DNA of 64,000 bases from contig OY970194.1 of assembly GCA_963708075.1 (NCBI GenBank), positions 5,664,001-5,728,000 of the forward strand, given 5' to 3'. Position 1 is the first letter of the stretch, and each line of letters begins with the position of its first letter. Under the pieces are notes generated by a model. It ran no database searches, was not told the DNA's origin, and was given only the letters and a program-made list of their open reading frames with translations. The DNA comes from Sedimentisphaerales bacterium. GTDB lineage: Bacteria > Planctomycetota > Phycisphaerae > Sedimentisphaerales > Anaerobacaceae. The position numbers and the translations under genes were made by a program. Below are positions 1-11,101 of the stretch, in pieces.

Positions 1-2
1 CC

Positions 3-218
3 GCGAATCCCAGCGACGGCGAAGCCCTCTGCGAGCAACTGCTCCGCGACCTGCAGACCCCCGGCACCCCGCCCGCCGACATCGCCCAGCGAGTGGCCGC
101 CCTGCGCAAAATTCGCGCCCAGGCCCAGGGACAGCTCGCGCAGGCCCGCAAGGACCTCCGCAGCCTGATCACCCCCGCGCAGGAACCCGCCCTCGTCGCG
201 ATGGGCTATCTGGACTAA
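3..218 (+). CDS. 3' end of a hypothetical helical protein (truncated by window start)
   Basis: Open frame from position 3 ending ...KDLRSLITPAQEPALVAMGYLD* at TAA 216-218; GC3-rich codons. Confidence 0.7.
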   Translation, partial: ANPSDGEALCEQLLRDLQTPGTPPADIAQRVAALRKIRAQAQGQLAQARKDLRSLITPAQEPALVAMGYLD

Positions 219-264
219 GATTTGGGAGTTCACCGGATTTTTCTTGCCGGGGACGCGCTCGCGT

Positions 265-290
265 GTTACGATTTCCCGCGATTAGCGTCT
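265..290 (+). promoter_or_regulatory. Putative ECF-type promoter GTTAC-N16-CGTCT
   Basis: Same motif and spacing at 8571-8596 upstream of the paralogous gene. Confidence 0.55.
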
Positions 291-458
291 CCATCATTAT
301 CGATGCGGAATGCTGGAGATTGCTCTCTCCAGAAGAGCGGCTGCGACGAGAAGTTATACGGCGGATGGCGGTGCAAGGCGGGATCGTCAAAACAGCAGTT
401 GTGACGCTGTTTGGGTCTTTTTCATTATCATAACGATCATTTTTCAGGAGGGACGACA

Positions 459-2697
459 ATGCAAGGCGGGATTCTCAGCAAATGGTTCGTGGTCATCGTT
501 TGCGCATGCGCGGCGGCGGCAGTCGGCGCACCGGCGACCGTCATCTATGTGGACGCCGGGGCCACCGGGACCCAGACCGGGTCCTCCTGGGCGGACGCAT
601 GCAATCACCTTCAGGATGCTCTGACCTTGGCGGCGGCTGCGGAAAAGCCCGTTGAAATCCGGGTCGCTCAGGGCGTCTACAAGCCGGACCAGGGGGCCGG
701 CATCACACCCGGCGACCGGGCAGCCACCTTCAAGCTGCTCAACGGCGTCAGCATCAAAGGCGGGTACGCCGGCGTGGCGGCATCCGATCCCAACGCCCGG
801 GATATCAAGCTCTATGAGACGCTCCTCAGCGGCGATGTGGTCGGCGATGACGGCTCTAAAGACCCGGCCAGACACAACAACAGCCTGCGCGTTATCACCG
901 GCAGTGGGACTGACAAGACAGCGGTGCTGGACGGCCTCACCGTCACGGCTGGTTTCTCTGCGTTCGATCCGGCTGGGGCGTCAGGTGACCGCGGGGCGGG
1001 CCTGATGGTCAATGCCGGCAGCCCCACAGTCCTCAATTGCCGGTTCATCGGCAATCACGCCTCGGGGCCCGGGGGAGCAGTGACGGCTCGCAACGGGAGC
1101 AATCCCATTTTGACCGGCTGCGAGTTCCTCAACAATCAGGGAGCCGGCTTCTACTGCCGGGAGAACAGCAATCCCGTCCTGACCCATTGCCGATTTGAAG
1201 GCAATATCTTTAGGGACATGGAGAGCCAGAACAGCAGTCCTGTCATTACCGGTTGTCAGTTCCTCAGCACCGGGGTCAACGCCATCCAAGCCGTGGACTG
1301 CAATTTTGTCCTGATGGATTGCGTGTTCACGGGCAGCGACGGCAGAATGCCCACACAGGGGATCGACTTCATGGGTGGCCGGGCCACGCTGACGGGCTGC
1401 ACATTCACGGGTTTCACAGACGGGGCCATGGACGCTCCCGACGATCTGACCCTCGTGCGCTGCACGTTCAGAGACAACTCAGGATTCCTGGCCGGCGCCG
1501 TGCGGGGCTCTTTCAATCGTCACATTACGGCATTGGAATGCGTCTTTGCCGGGAATCACGGTTCGATAGCCGGGGCGATCTCGGGCGGAGATATGGAGCT
1601 TCACGATTGTGAATTCACAGGCAACTCAGGATCCGGGGTAGGCGCCGTAGAGGCCGGCCCTGAGGCGTTCATCGCTACCGGCTGCGTGTTCTCCGGGAAT
1701 TCCGCCAACACGTATGGAGTGGGTGCAATCTCCGGCCACGCAGAGATCTTCAAGCTGTCTAACTGCACCTTCGTCGGCAATCGCGGCAGATACACCAGTC
1801 TCGATGGCAGGTTCTCCGGGATGTTGCCAATTCAGATCACGCAGTGCATCATCCGCGACGGACCGGAACCGTTCGGATCACGTCCCCCCGCGGGCACGCC
1901 GACGCGGATCGACGCCACCTTCAGCAATATTCAGGGCGGCTACCCGGGCGAGGGCAATATCGATGTGGACCCGTGCTTTGTCGATCCGGGTTACTGGGCC
2001 AGTCCGAGCGATCCGACCAAAGAGGTCGGGCCGGATGATCCTTGTGCCGTCTGGGTCGCGGGCGATTACCATTTGAAATCGCAGGGGGGCCATTGGGATC
2101 GGGCGACAGAGAACCTGGGTGCGCGATGAGGTCACCAGCGGGTGCATCGATGCGGGCGATCCAAACGGCCTGCTGGGTGTCGAGCCATTCCCGAACGGGG
2201 GATTTGTCAACCTTGGCGCCTATGGCGGCACCGCGGAAGCCAGCAAGTCATACTTCGGCGAGCCGATCTGCGAGGACCAGTTAGCCGGCGACATCAACGG
2301 CGATTGCAGGGTCGATCACGCGGATATAGACATTCTGTTGATGCATTGGCTCATGAAAGGAAACGGGCTCGCCAATCTCCCGCCGACCATCACCCTCCTC
2401 TGTCCCAAAGATGGCGACGAATTCACGTATCCGGCGCCCATCCTCGTTCAAGCCACGGCATCCGATCCTGACGGGGCCGTGCTGCGGGTCAAGTACACGT
2501 TCGAATACCGCACGGCGAATACCCGGAGCACGAGCGGCACGACGATCACTGACCCGACAAACAACTGGGCCAAGGAATGGTCATGGTCGAACCTTCGCCA
2601 CGACGGGACTTATACGGTCTGGGCGGAGGTCATGGACAATGAGGGCGCCAAGACAGCCACGCCCAAGGTCAAGGTGACGTTGCATCCGCAGAAGTAA
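459..2697 (+). CDS. Secreted right-handed beta-helix repeat protein with DYHLKSQ module, dockerin-like GDINGDC motif and C-terminal Ig-like domain; +1 frameshift near 2112
   Basis: RBS AGGAGG before ATG 459; signal peptide; VIYVDA start and CxFxGN repeats; ORFs 411-2129 and 2119-2697 join to match intact paralogue 8761-11013 (gagAacctgg vs gagacctgg). Confidence 0.8.
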
Positions 2698-2792
2698 TCG
2701 CGGAGGGAAACAGACTGCCAAGGCATGAAGGGGCGGGGAGCGGCATTGTCTCCCTGCTCTCCTGGTCATAGGCTTGCGCCGTAGAGTGCCTG

Positions 2793-3632
2793 TCAATCCC
2801 AGGCCAGTGCGACGAGGAAGGAGATCAGGCCGATGATGAAGAAGGCCAGGAAGTAGCCGAAGTGCTCCGTGGTCAGGGTGACGCCCGCCCCGGTGATCGT
2901 GGCGGCGAAGGTCACGGCCGGCGGCGTACCTGCCAGGCCGACGAACGCGGCGACCGGGCCCGTGTGCAGCGAGGCGGCGGTGATGGTTCCCGCCGCCGGG
3001 ACACTTTCGGCGGGGGCGGTGAGCAGGCCGAACAGGCCTAGTGCCGTCAGCAGCAGTCCCTTGGCGAATCCCCGCTTGGTCAAGTGCCGGCTCAGCGACC
3101 GCTTGGCCCGGAAGAACAGCACCCGCGCCCGCAGCTCCTTGCAGCCCATCTGGTCGGCGATCTCGGCGTACGACATCTGCTCGTAGCAGCGAAGCAGCAG
3201 GACGTTGCGATACGTCAGCTTCAGTTGCCCGATCGCCATGACAATCGTCTCGGACAGCTCCTCGCGTATCGCGTGGTTCAGGCCGTCGTTGTGGTCGTCG
3301 GTCAAGTAGTCCGACAGCCGCTGCCGGCTCAGTGCTGAGAATTCGATAGCCTGTTCCCGGGCGAGGTCGCGATAGTAGTGCTGGACGGTGCCCAACGCCG
3401 TGCGGAACAGCCAGCACCAGAACCGCTCCGGCTGCTCCAGCTCTTTCATGTTCTCGACCATCTTCAGTAGCGTCTCCTGCAGAAGGTCCTGCGCCAGGTC
3501 GTGGTTGAGGGTGAGCCGGTAGATGTACGAATAGAGTCTCTGCCTGGCCACCGCCGCGAGGTAGTTGGCCGCCCCCTGGTCCCCATGCTGCGCCTGGCGG
3601 ACCCACTGTGTAAAACCGGCTTCAGTTCCCAT
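2793..3632 (-). CDS. ECF sigma factor with hydrophobic C-terminal extension (membrane-anchored)
   Basis: Region 2 DLAQDLLQETLL and FWCWLFRTA; region 4 MSYAEIADQMG...LFFRAKRSL; tail FGYFLAFFIIGLISFLVALAWD. Confidence 0.9.
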   Translation of the reverse strand: MGTEAGFTQWVRQAQHGDQGAANYLAAVARQRLYSYIYRLTLNHDLAQDLLQETLLKMVENMKELEQPERFWCWLFRTALGTVQHYYRDLAREQAIEFSALSRQRLSDYLTDDHNDGLNHAIREELSETIVMAIGQLKLTYRNVLLLRCYEQMSYAEIADQMGCKELRARVLFFRAKRSLSRHLTKRGFAKGLLLTALGLFGLLTAPAESVPAAGTITAASLHTGPVAAFVGLAGTPPAVTFAATITGAGVTLTTEHFGYFLAFFIIGLISFLVALAWD

Positions 3633-3647
3633 GTGTCTGACCCGTAT

Positions 3648-3673
3648 AGTCCAGGATCTCCCGCCCGCGTTAC
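3648..3673 (-). promoter_or_regulatory. Putative autoregulatory ECF promoter GTAAC-N16-GGACT
   Basis: Reverse strand gtaac gcgggcgggagatcct ggact, ending 15 nt before the sigma ATG; two more copies at 3765 and 6069. Confidence 0.65.
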
Positions 3674-3764
3674 ACGAAAAATTGACGGACCTGGTGAAAA
3701 ATATATCCGTTCGGCCGACCAACGACGAGTACCTTCCATTTTGAAATAAGTCCCTGAAAAGAGT

Positions 3765-3790
3765 GTAACATCGCCCGCCCTCGCTGGACT
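3765..3790 (+). promoter_or_regulatory. Putative ECF promoter GTAAC-N16-GGACT
   Basis: gtaac atcgcccgccctcgct ggact upstream of the GLUG gene. Confidence 0.65.
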
Positions 3791-3856
3791 GAACGTCGCA
3801 GATGAGCAAACCTCGAATCGCACGGGATGCCACTTGGCTGAACACGAGGAGTAACC

Positions 3857-6050
3857 ATGAGCACGAATACAGATCGCTTTTACGAAATCATCGTTGTTCT
3901 CTCCGTACTTGGGTCGGGCCTGGCCGCCCACGCTTACGAATTCGCCGGGGGCACGGGCGAGCCGAATGACCCGTACAGAATCGCCACGGCTGAGCAGCTC
4001 ATCTCCATCAGTTCCGACCCGAATCTGCTCGACAAGCACTTTGTCCTGCTCAACGACATCGACCTGGACCCGAACCTGTCCGGCCGGCGTGTTTTCACAG
4101 TCGCCGTGATTGCACCCGGCTTGACCAACCGTGAACACGATTTCCAGGGGGGCGCCTTCATGGGCAGCTTCGATGGCGACGGCCACACAATCCGGAATCT
4201 CAAGATTGATGCTGGCTCCGATCCTGACGCTGGCGATTGCGTGGGTCTGTTTGGCAAAGTGGGCAGACAGGCCGTGGTGAAGAACCTTGGAATCGAGAAC
4301 CGAAAGTGACGGGATAAATGGAGTCTATCGTGGTGCTTTGGCCGGATGGAATGACGGCCGCATTGTGGATTGCTATGCAAAGGGATTCATGGTCGCCGGC
4401 TTCGAAAGCGTCGGTGGGTTGGTGGGATACAACGGTGGCGAGATCATCCGCAGCCGCGCTGATTTCGGACGGATTGCGGGTCATGAGGAAGTGGGTGGCC
4501 TGGTGGGCCACAACAATGGCGGCGGCAGAATAATCGGGTGTTCTGCGGCGGCCTCCGATATCCCGGTCATTAGTGGTTACAGCGGTGGATTGGCCGGGAT
4601 CAATGAAGGCAACATCACCCGCAGTTGCGCGACGGGGAACATATCCGTCCAAAGCCGCACAGGATTTGCAGGGGGGCTGGTGGGAAGGACAGACCCTTCC
4701 AGCAGGATCTCCAACAGCTACGCCACCGTCAACGTCTCCTCGCGGACAAGAGCTTCCCGCCTCGGTGGTCTCATTGGGTTTATGAGCGGCGGCGATATCA
4801 GCAACTGTCTTGCAGCAGGCGGTATTTCCGGCAGTGCCATGAGCGATTCACTTGGGGGCCTGGTGGGGTCGGTCGGGGATGGGAGCATCAGAAACTGCTA
4901 TGCCGTCGGCCAGGTCCGCGCCGGCACGAACAGCACCAGGATCGGCGGCTTGATCGGAGATGGCGGCGACGACAAGGTCAAGGCATCGTTCTGGGACACC
5001 GAGGCGAGCGGATTATCCGAGAGCGCCGGTGGCACGGGGCTGACCACCGTCCAGATGCAGGACCTGCAGACGTTCGTGGGGTGCGGATGGGACTTTGTGG
5101 GTGAGCGGGCGAACGGCACGGCCGACGTGTGGCGGATGCCACAAGGGGGCGGTTATCCAGCGCTGACGCTTCCATCCGATGCATACGACCCGCCCGGACT
5201 CGCCGGCAGCGGTACACCCGATGATCCGTACAGAATTGGCACGCCGGAGGATCTGGGCGCGGTCTGGCGAGATCCGTTCGCCTGCTACCAACTGACGGCG
5301 GATGTCGATCTGGGGGATGTCACCTGGAGCGCCGCTCCGATGGACTACTTCAATGGCGAGTTTCACGGCGCTGGGTTTGTCATTTCCCACCTGAGCATCC
5401 GCGGCCGAGGCTGCCTGGGCCTGTTCGCCTCGCTGGGGCCGCAGGCCATCGTGACGGACCTGGGCATCGAGGACGCCAACATCACAGGTGAAGATGATGC
5501 CGAGCATCTTGGCATTCTGGCCGGGTACAACAAAGGGAATATCAGCAGGTGTTATGTCACCGGCCGTGTCTCGGCGGGCATGAGAACCTGGAGTGTTGGC
5601 GGCCTGGTTGGGGTCAATGGCGATTATCTTCAAACGTGGATGGAGAGCACATACCCTCTCAGCGAGGGCAGAATCGCCGACTGCTATGCTATCGCGACTG
5701 TCTCTGCCGGCCCCGATAGTGGTCCCATAGGCGGCCTTGTCGGGGACAGCCAACGGGGCACGCTGACCCACTGCTATGCGGCCGGCCCGGTCTCGGGCGG
5801 AAACAGAAATTGGAGCGTGGGTAACCTTGCGGGAGAAGAGACCGAGAACAGCACAGTTGTCGATTGTTATTTCCTGACTTCTCCCGAGGCCAACGGACCC
5901 CCTTACAACGGGATCGGTGTGCCCTTGACCGACGGACAGATGAAACAGCAAGCCAGCTTCACCGGCTGGGACTTTGGAACCATCTGGATGATCTGTGAAG
6001 GCAAGGACTACCCCCGGCTGTGGTGGGAACTGGTGCAGTGTGGGCCGTGA
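3857..6050 (+). CDS. Secreted GLUG-motif repeat protein with two GxGTxxDPYxI modules; +1 frameshift near 4300
   Basis: RBS GAGGAG; signal peptide ending AHA; repeated VGGLVG motifs; FAGGTGEPNDPYRIAT and GSGTPDDPYRIGT; ORFs 3857-4309 and 4287-6050 are consecutive parts. Confidence 0.8.
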
Positions 6051-6068
6051 TTTTTTTTCCGAAATCGC

Positions 6069-6094
6069 GTAACGCGGGCGGCGGGTCTTGGACT
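6069..6094 (+). promoter_or_regulatory. Putative ECF promoter GTAAC-N16-GGACT
   Basis: gtaac gcgggcggcgggtctt ggact; spacer resembles the copy at 3648-3673. Confidence 0.65.
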
Positions 6095-6318
6095 AAACGA
6101 GAGAACGACGCCGGGACGGCTGTCCGCGGCTGTGGAATTGGGTGAAAACCTGTGCCCAGTAGCATTTGGCTGGCCGGACAGGTCATGCGGGCAGTATGGG
6201 CCGCCGTGGAGGGGCGGCCCAGCTTCCTCCTTGCGGACTGTCTGTACGGTAGGGGAGCATGCACCAACACGACTGATGGCTATCCAGCAGGCGAGTTGGG
6301 CGATGAAAGGAGAGGAAC

Positions 6319-8518
6319 ATGAACAGGACCGGATACGGCAGATTGGCGGGATTTGCATTGGGTATCGTCCTCAGCTTGTGTTTCGCGTGCGAGGGGCGAA
6401 TCCTCTACGTCGATGGCACGGGCCCCGGGGCGAACGACGGCTCATCCTGGGCGAACGCCTGCAAGCATCTTCAGGACGCGCTGACGAGGGCGAAGGCGGC
6501 GGATAAGCCCATGGAAATCCGCGTCGCCCAAGGCATCTACAAGCCGGACCAGGGGACCGGCATTACCCCCGGCGACCAAACGGCCAGCTTCCAACTGCTT
6601 AACGGCGTCACCCTCAAGGGCGGCTACGCCGGTGCCGCCGCACCCGACCCCAACACCCGCGACATCGAGCTCTACGAAACCATCCTCAGCGGCGACCTCA
6701 AAGCAGATGACAGTGCAGACCTCCGCCGCAGCCAGGACAATAGCTGTCGGGTTGTTGCCGCTTCGGCAACAGACGAAACGGCTGTGATCGACGGCTTCAC
6801 CATTACCGCCGGCGGGGCGGGATGGGGCAAGTGCGGCGATGAATATGGTGGTGAGGCCGGGATTGTGATCGATGCCGGCAGCCCTGTGATTCGGGCCTGT
6901 CATTTCACCGCGACCCATGCAGGTGGTGTGTCCGCGCGCTGCAAGTAAGCCTTTCTTGGTCGGATGCATCTTTGATGGCCATAGCGTGCGGACTCTGGAC
7001 AGCAGCCCCGTTGTGGCTGACTGCATCTTCATCAACGGCACAATGACCAATGACAAGGGCAGCATGTCGTTGACCAACTGCACGTTTGATCAGGCGCGCA
7101 TCAGCAGCCTCAACAGTGGCAGCCTCGCCCTGACCAACTGCATTTTCAGAAATAGCCAGCATTCCGCGATCGAGATACGGAACGTCGACTCCATTTTCAC
7201 GGGCTGCCTCTTCGAACAAAACGGTCGGCCTGGCTGGCTGGACCGCGTCATTGAGTCTTATGGCGGCGTTATGACTCTGGAGGACTGTCGGTTCGTTGAG
7301 AACAGCGGACTCTGCCTCGATGGCACCGAGGGCACCAAACTCAACCTGACCCGCTGCTCATTCACTGCGAACACGGCGATGGGCACCACGGCCATCTGGG
7401 CATCGGGAAGCCTGGTCCTTCATGATTGCGAGTTCATCGGCAATTCATCTCAGATTGGTGCAGGGGCCATCCATGCTAGTGGTGATCAACTGAAGGCCAC
7501 AGGCTGCCTCTTCGCCGGCAACTCCACCGAGATGAAGATATTTGCGTCTGGCGCGGTCATGTGTAATACAGTGGTGACACAACTGTCGCATTGCACCTTC
7601 ATCGGCAACCGCGGCCAACCCAGTGCGATAAAATGCACAGGCGGTCGCGCAGAGCTTTCGTACTGCATCATCTGGAATGGTCCCGATCCCTTTAGCAAGG
7701 ACCCTTTGGACCAGCCCCGGGTCGACGTCACATACAGCGATATTCAGGGCGGTTATCCGGGTGAGGGCAATATCGATGTGGACCCGTGCTTTGTCGATGC
7801 AGGATACTGGGCGGAACCGAATGATCCGAATATAGAAGTCGGCCCGGACGATCCGAACGCGGTCTGGGTGAATGGCGACTATCATTTGAAGTCCCAGGCG
7901 GGTCGCTGGGACCGGAGTGCCGGGGCCTGGGTATGCGATGAGGTCACCAGCGCGTGCATCGACGCGGGGGACCCTGCCACACCCATCGGCTTGGAGCCTT
8001 TCCCGAACGGCGGCATTGTGAATCTGGGCGCGTACGGCGGCACGAGCGAGGCCAGCAAGTCGTACTTCGGCGAGCTCGTGTGCGAGACCCGGATCGCCGG
8101 CGATATCAATGGCGACTGCAAGGTCGATCAGACGGACATGGACATTCTGCTACTGCATTGGCTGACGGATGCGGCGGATCTGGTCAACATGCCGCCAACG
8201 GTCACACTCACATTACCCGAAGATGGCGAGGTATTCGATTATCCAGCGTGGGTGGCCCTTCGTGCCGATGCCGCTGATAGCGATGGATCGGTGATCAGTG
8301 TGAAGTTCATCATGGACTACAGTAACAACGGCAACCATGTCCGGGCAACTTCCACAGATACCGACCCATCGGACGGCTGGCGCTACGACTGGCAATGGTG
8401 GGGCACCACGGGAGTGCCATTCCAAGGCTCTTACACCATCTGGGCCGAGGCAATGGATAACGACGGTGGCATGGCCGTCTCGCCCAAGATCACGATCACT
8501 CTCCGTGTGACGAATTAA
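6319..8518 (+). CDS. Second beta-helix/DYHLKSQ/dockerin-like/Ig-like paralogue; frameshift near 6935
   Basis: ORFs 6319-6948 and 6917-8518 together match the paralogues; restoring one GC unit in gcgcgc gives VSARAASKPF. Confidence 0.8.
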
Positions 8519-8570
8519 CCTTTGGAACCGGGGTTTCCGGAGAATTTTCTCGTCTGAAGGCCCCTTGAGT

Positions 8571-8596
8571 GTTACGATTTCGTATGATTCGCGTCT
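8571..8596 (+). promoter_or_regulatory. Putative ECF-type promoter GTTAC-N16-CGTCT
   Basis: Conserved with 265-290. Confidence 0.55.
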
Positions 8597-8760
8597 ACAT
8601 AAGCACGAATGCGGAACCTTGAGATTGCTTCTTGCGAGAGATGAGCCGCAGCGGACGTATTGCACGGCGGGCTCAGGCTTCAACCAAAGCGGTTGAACAG
8701 CGGCTGTAACGCTGTCTGAGTTTTCAGTCGTTACGAACGGTTTCTCCAGGAGGTACGACA

Positions 8761-11013
8761 ATGCGGAGCCGAATTTTCAGCCAATCACTCATGGTCGTTC
8801 TTTTTGCATGCGCGGCGGTAGCGACCGCGGAGCCAGTGCGAGTAATCTACGTAGACGCCGCGGCGGGAGGCGCAAAGACCGGCGTTTCCTGGGCGGCTGC
8901 GTACAATTGCCTTCAGGATGCCCTTGCGGCGGCGAAAGGACCAACCAGACCCGTCGAAATCCATGTCGCGCAGGGCCTCTACAAGCCGGACCAGGGGGCC
9001 GGCATCACCCCCGGCGACCGGGCAGCTACCTTCAAACTGCTCAACGGCGTCACTCTCAAAGGCGGCTACGCCGGAATAGTCGGCCCCGACCCGGATGCAC
9101 GCGATGTCAATCGCCATGAGACAATCCTCAGCGGCGATCTGGCCGGCAACGATGGTACCGCCAAGGTCACCAGGGATCCCGGTGCTCCTGACTTCCCCAT
9201 GAACGAGAATACCTGCAACGTCGTCACAGGCAGTGGCACGGATAACACGGCTGTGATCGACGGTCTCACGATTACCGCCGGTTCCATGACGTCTCTGCGC
9301 CCATCTGGAAGCCAGCCCCTTGTCGGCGGGGCAGGCATGCTGATCGAGGCTGGAAGCCCGACAGTCCTCAATTGCTGCTTTGTGGACAATTACGCGGCGT
9401 CAAAAGAGGCCCTGCTGGCCCGCAACGGGAGCAATCCGATCGTGACCAATTGCACATTCCTCAACAATCAGGGGACCGGCATGAGCAACGCATTCAACAG
9501 CAACGCTATCCTGACCAATTGCCGATTTGAGGGCAACGCCTGGATGGCGATGGACAACTCGTTTAGTAGTCCTGTCATCATCGGCTGTCAGTTCCTCGGC
9601 AACGGAAATGGCGCTATCCGTGTCTCGGATGGCAATTCCATCCTGACTGATTGCGTGTTTGCAGGCAATGACGGGAAGACGTTCGATCAGGGTATTAGTT
9701 TCTCCAGTGGCCGGGCCACGCTGACGGGCTGCACATTCACGGGTTTCAACGGCGCCGCCGTGGAAGCCCCGTACGATCTGACCCTCGTGCGCTGCACATT
9801 CAAAAACAACTCAGGATTTGCGGGCCGTGCCGTGCGCGGCACTTCCAGTAGCCGCATTATCGCATTCGAATGCTCCTTTGTCAGGAATGAAGGTTCCGGA
9901 GCGATCTCGGGCGGAGACTTGGAACTTCACGATTGTGAGTTCATCGGCAACTCGGGGCATCAAGCAGGTGCCATCGAGGGCGGCTCCGAAAGGCTCATCG
10001 CAACCAACTGCGTATTCTCGGGCAACTCCGGCAGGTCTGGAGCTGGCGCAATCTCCATCCACGGAAGGGTCGTCAGACTGTCCAACTGCACCTTCGCCGG
10101 TAATCGCGGCCCATGCAACTCTCTCGATTGGCTGGCCCCTGGGACTTTGCCAGCCCAGCTCACACAGTGCATTGTCCAGGACGGGCCGAGATCATTCCAC
10201 ACGCGTTCTGGGGACATAACTCAGATCAGCGTCACCTACAGCAATGTCCAGGGTGGTTATTCTGGCGAGGGCAATATCGACGTGGACCCATGCTTTGTCG
10301 ATCCGGGTTACTGGGCCGACCCCAACGATCCGACGAAGGAGATCGGGCCGGAAGACCCGCGTGCAGTGTGGGTCGCGGGCGATTACCACTTGAAATCACA
10401 GGGCGGTCACTGGGATCGGGCCACGGAGACCTGGATGCGTGACGAAGTCACCAGCTCCTGCATTGACGCGGGTAATCCGAACGATCCGTTGGGTGCCGAG
10501 CCATTCCCCAATGGAGGATTCGTGAATCTCGGCGCCTATGGCGGCACGCCCGAAGCCAGCAAGTCCTACTTTGGCGAGCCGGTCTGCGAGGTCGAGTTAG
10601 CGGGCGATATCAATGGCGACTGCAGGGTCGATCACGCGGATATAGACATTCTGATGATGCACTGGCTCATGGAAGGGACGGAACTCATCAACGTCCCACC
10701 GACAGTCACCCTCATCAGCCCAGAGGACGGCGCCGAATTGACCTACCCGACGCCCATTTCCTGTCAATGCGTAGCAGCCGACCCCGATGGAACCGTGGTG
10801 TGGGTCAGGTACACGCTCGAGTACCGCACGCAGAACAGGCTGGCGATGCGCAGCACCACGGTCACTGATCCGGCAAACAATTGGAATCGCGAATGGGCGT
10901 GGTCCGATGTATACGAAGGTGAAGCCTGGACGATCTGGGCGGAGGCGATGGACAACGAGGGCGCCAAGACGGTCTCGCCCAAGATCACCGTGACGCTGCA
11001 TCCGGCGAAGTAG
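8761..11013 (+). CDS. Third (intact) beta-helix/DYHLKSQ/dockerin-like/Ig-like paralogue
   Basis: 750 aa ORF, RBS AGGAGG, signal peptide, similar throughout to 459-2697. Confidence 0.9.
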   Translation: MRSRIFSQSLMVVLFACAAVATAEPVRVIYVDAAAGGAKTGVSWAAAYNCLQDALAAAKGPTRPVEIHVAQGLYKPDQGAGITPGDRAATFKLLNGVTLKGGYAGIVGPDPDARDVNRHETILSGDLAGNDGTAKVTRDPGAPDFPMNENTCNVVTGSGTDNTAVIDGLTITAGSMTSLRPSGSQPLVGGAGMLIEAGSPTVLNCCFVDNYAASKEALLARNGSNPIVTNCTFLNNQGTGMSNAFNSNAILTNCRFEGNAWMAMDNSFSSPVIIGCQFLGNGNGAIRVSDGNSILTDCVFAGNDGKTFDQGISFSSGRATLTGCTFTGFNGAAVEAPYDLTLVRCTFKNNSGFAGRAVRGTSSSRIIAFECSFVRNEGSGAISGGDLELHDCEFIGNSGHQAGAIEGGSERLIATNCVFSGNSGRSGAGAISIHGRVVRLSNCTFAGNRGPCNSLDWLAPGTLPAQLTQCIVQDGPRSFHTRSGDITQISVTYSNVQGGYSGEGNIDVDPCFVDPGYWADPNDPTKEIGPEDPRAVWVAGDYHLKSQGGHWDRATETWMRDEVTSSCIDAGNPNDPLGAEPFPNGGFVNLGAYGGTPEASKSYFGEPVCEVELAGDINGDCRVDHADIDILMMHWLMEGTELINVPPTVTLISPEDGAELTYPTPISCQCVAADPDGTVVWVRYTLEYRTQNRLAMRSTTVTDPANNWNREWAWSDVYEGEAWTIWAEAMDNEGAKTVSPKITVTLHPAK

Positions 11014-11101
11014 GCACGGTTCTGACCGCGGAATCGGATCAAAGAGGGTTGTTTTCGACAGTAGCGTGGACCTAATGACGGCATCTTTAGGAGAGACGAC
11101 C

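Noticed and set aside
2100..2130. Programmed ribosomal frameshift
   Set aside because: No slippery heptamer or stimulatory structure, and the paralogue at 8761 is continuous at the same position.
459..11013. Diversity-generating retroelement or shufflon among the paralogous surface genes
   Set aside because: No reverse transcriptase, no adenine-specific template/variable repeat pair, and no invertase or inverted crossover sites nearby.
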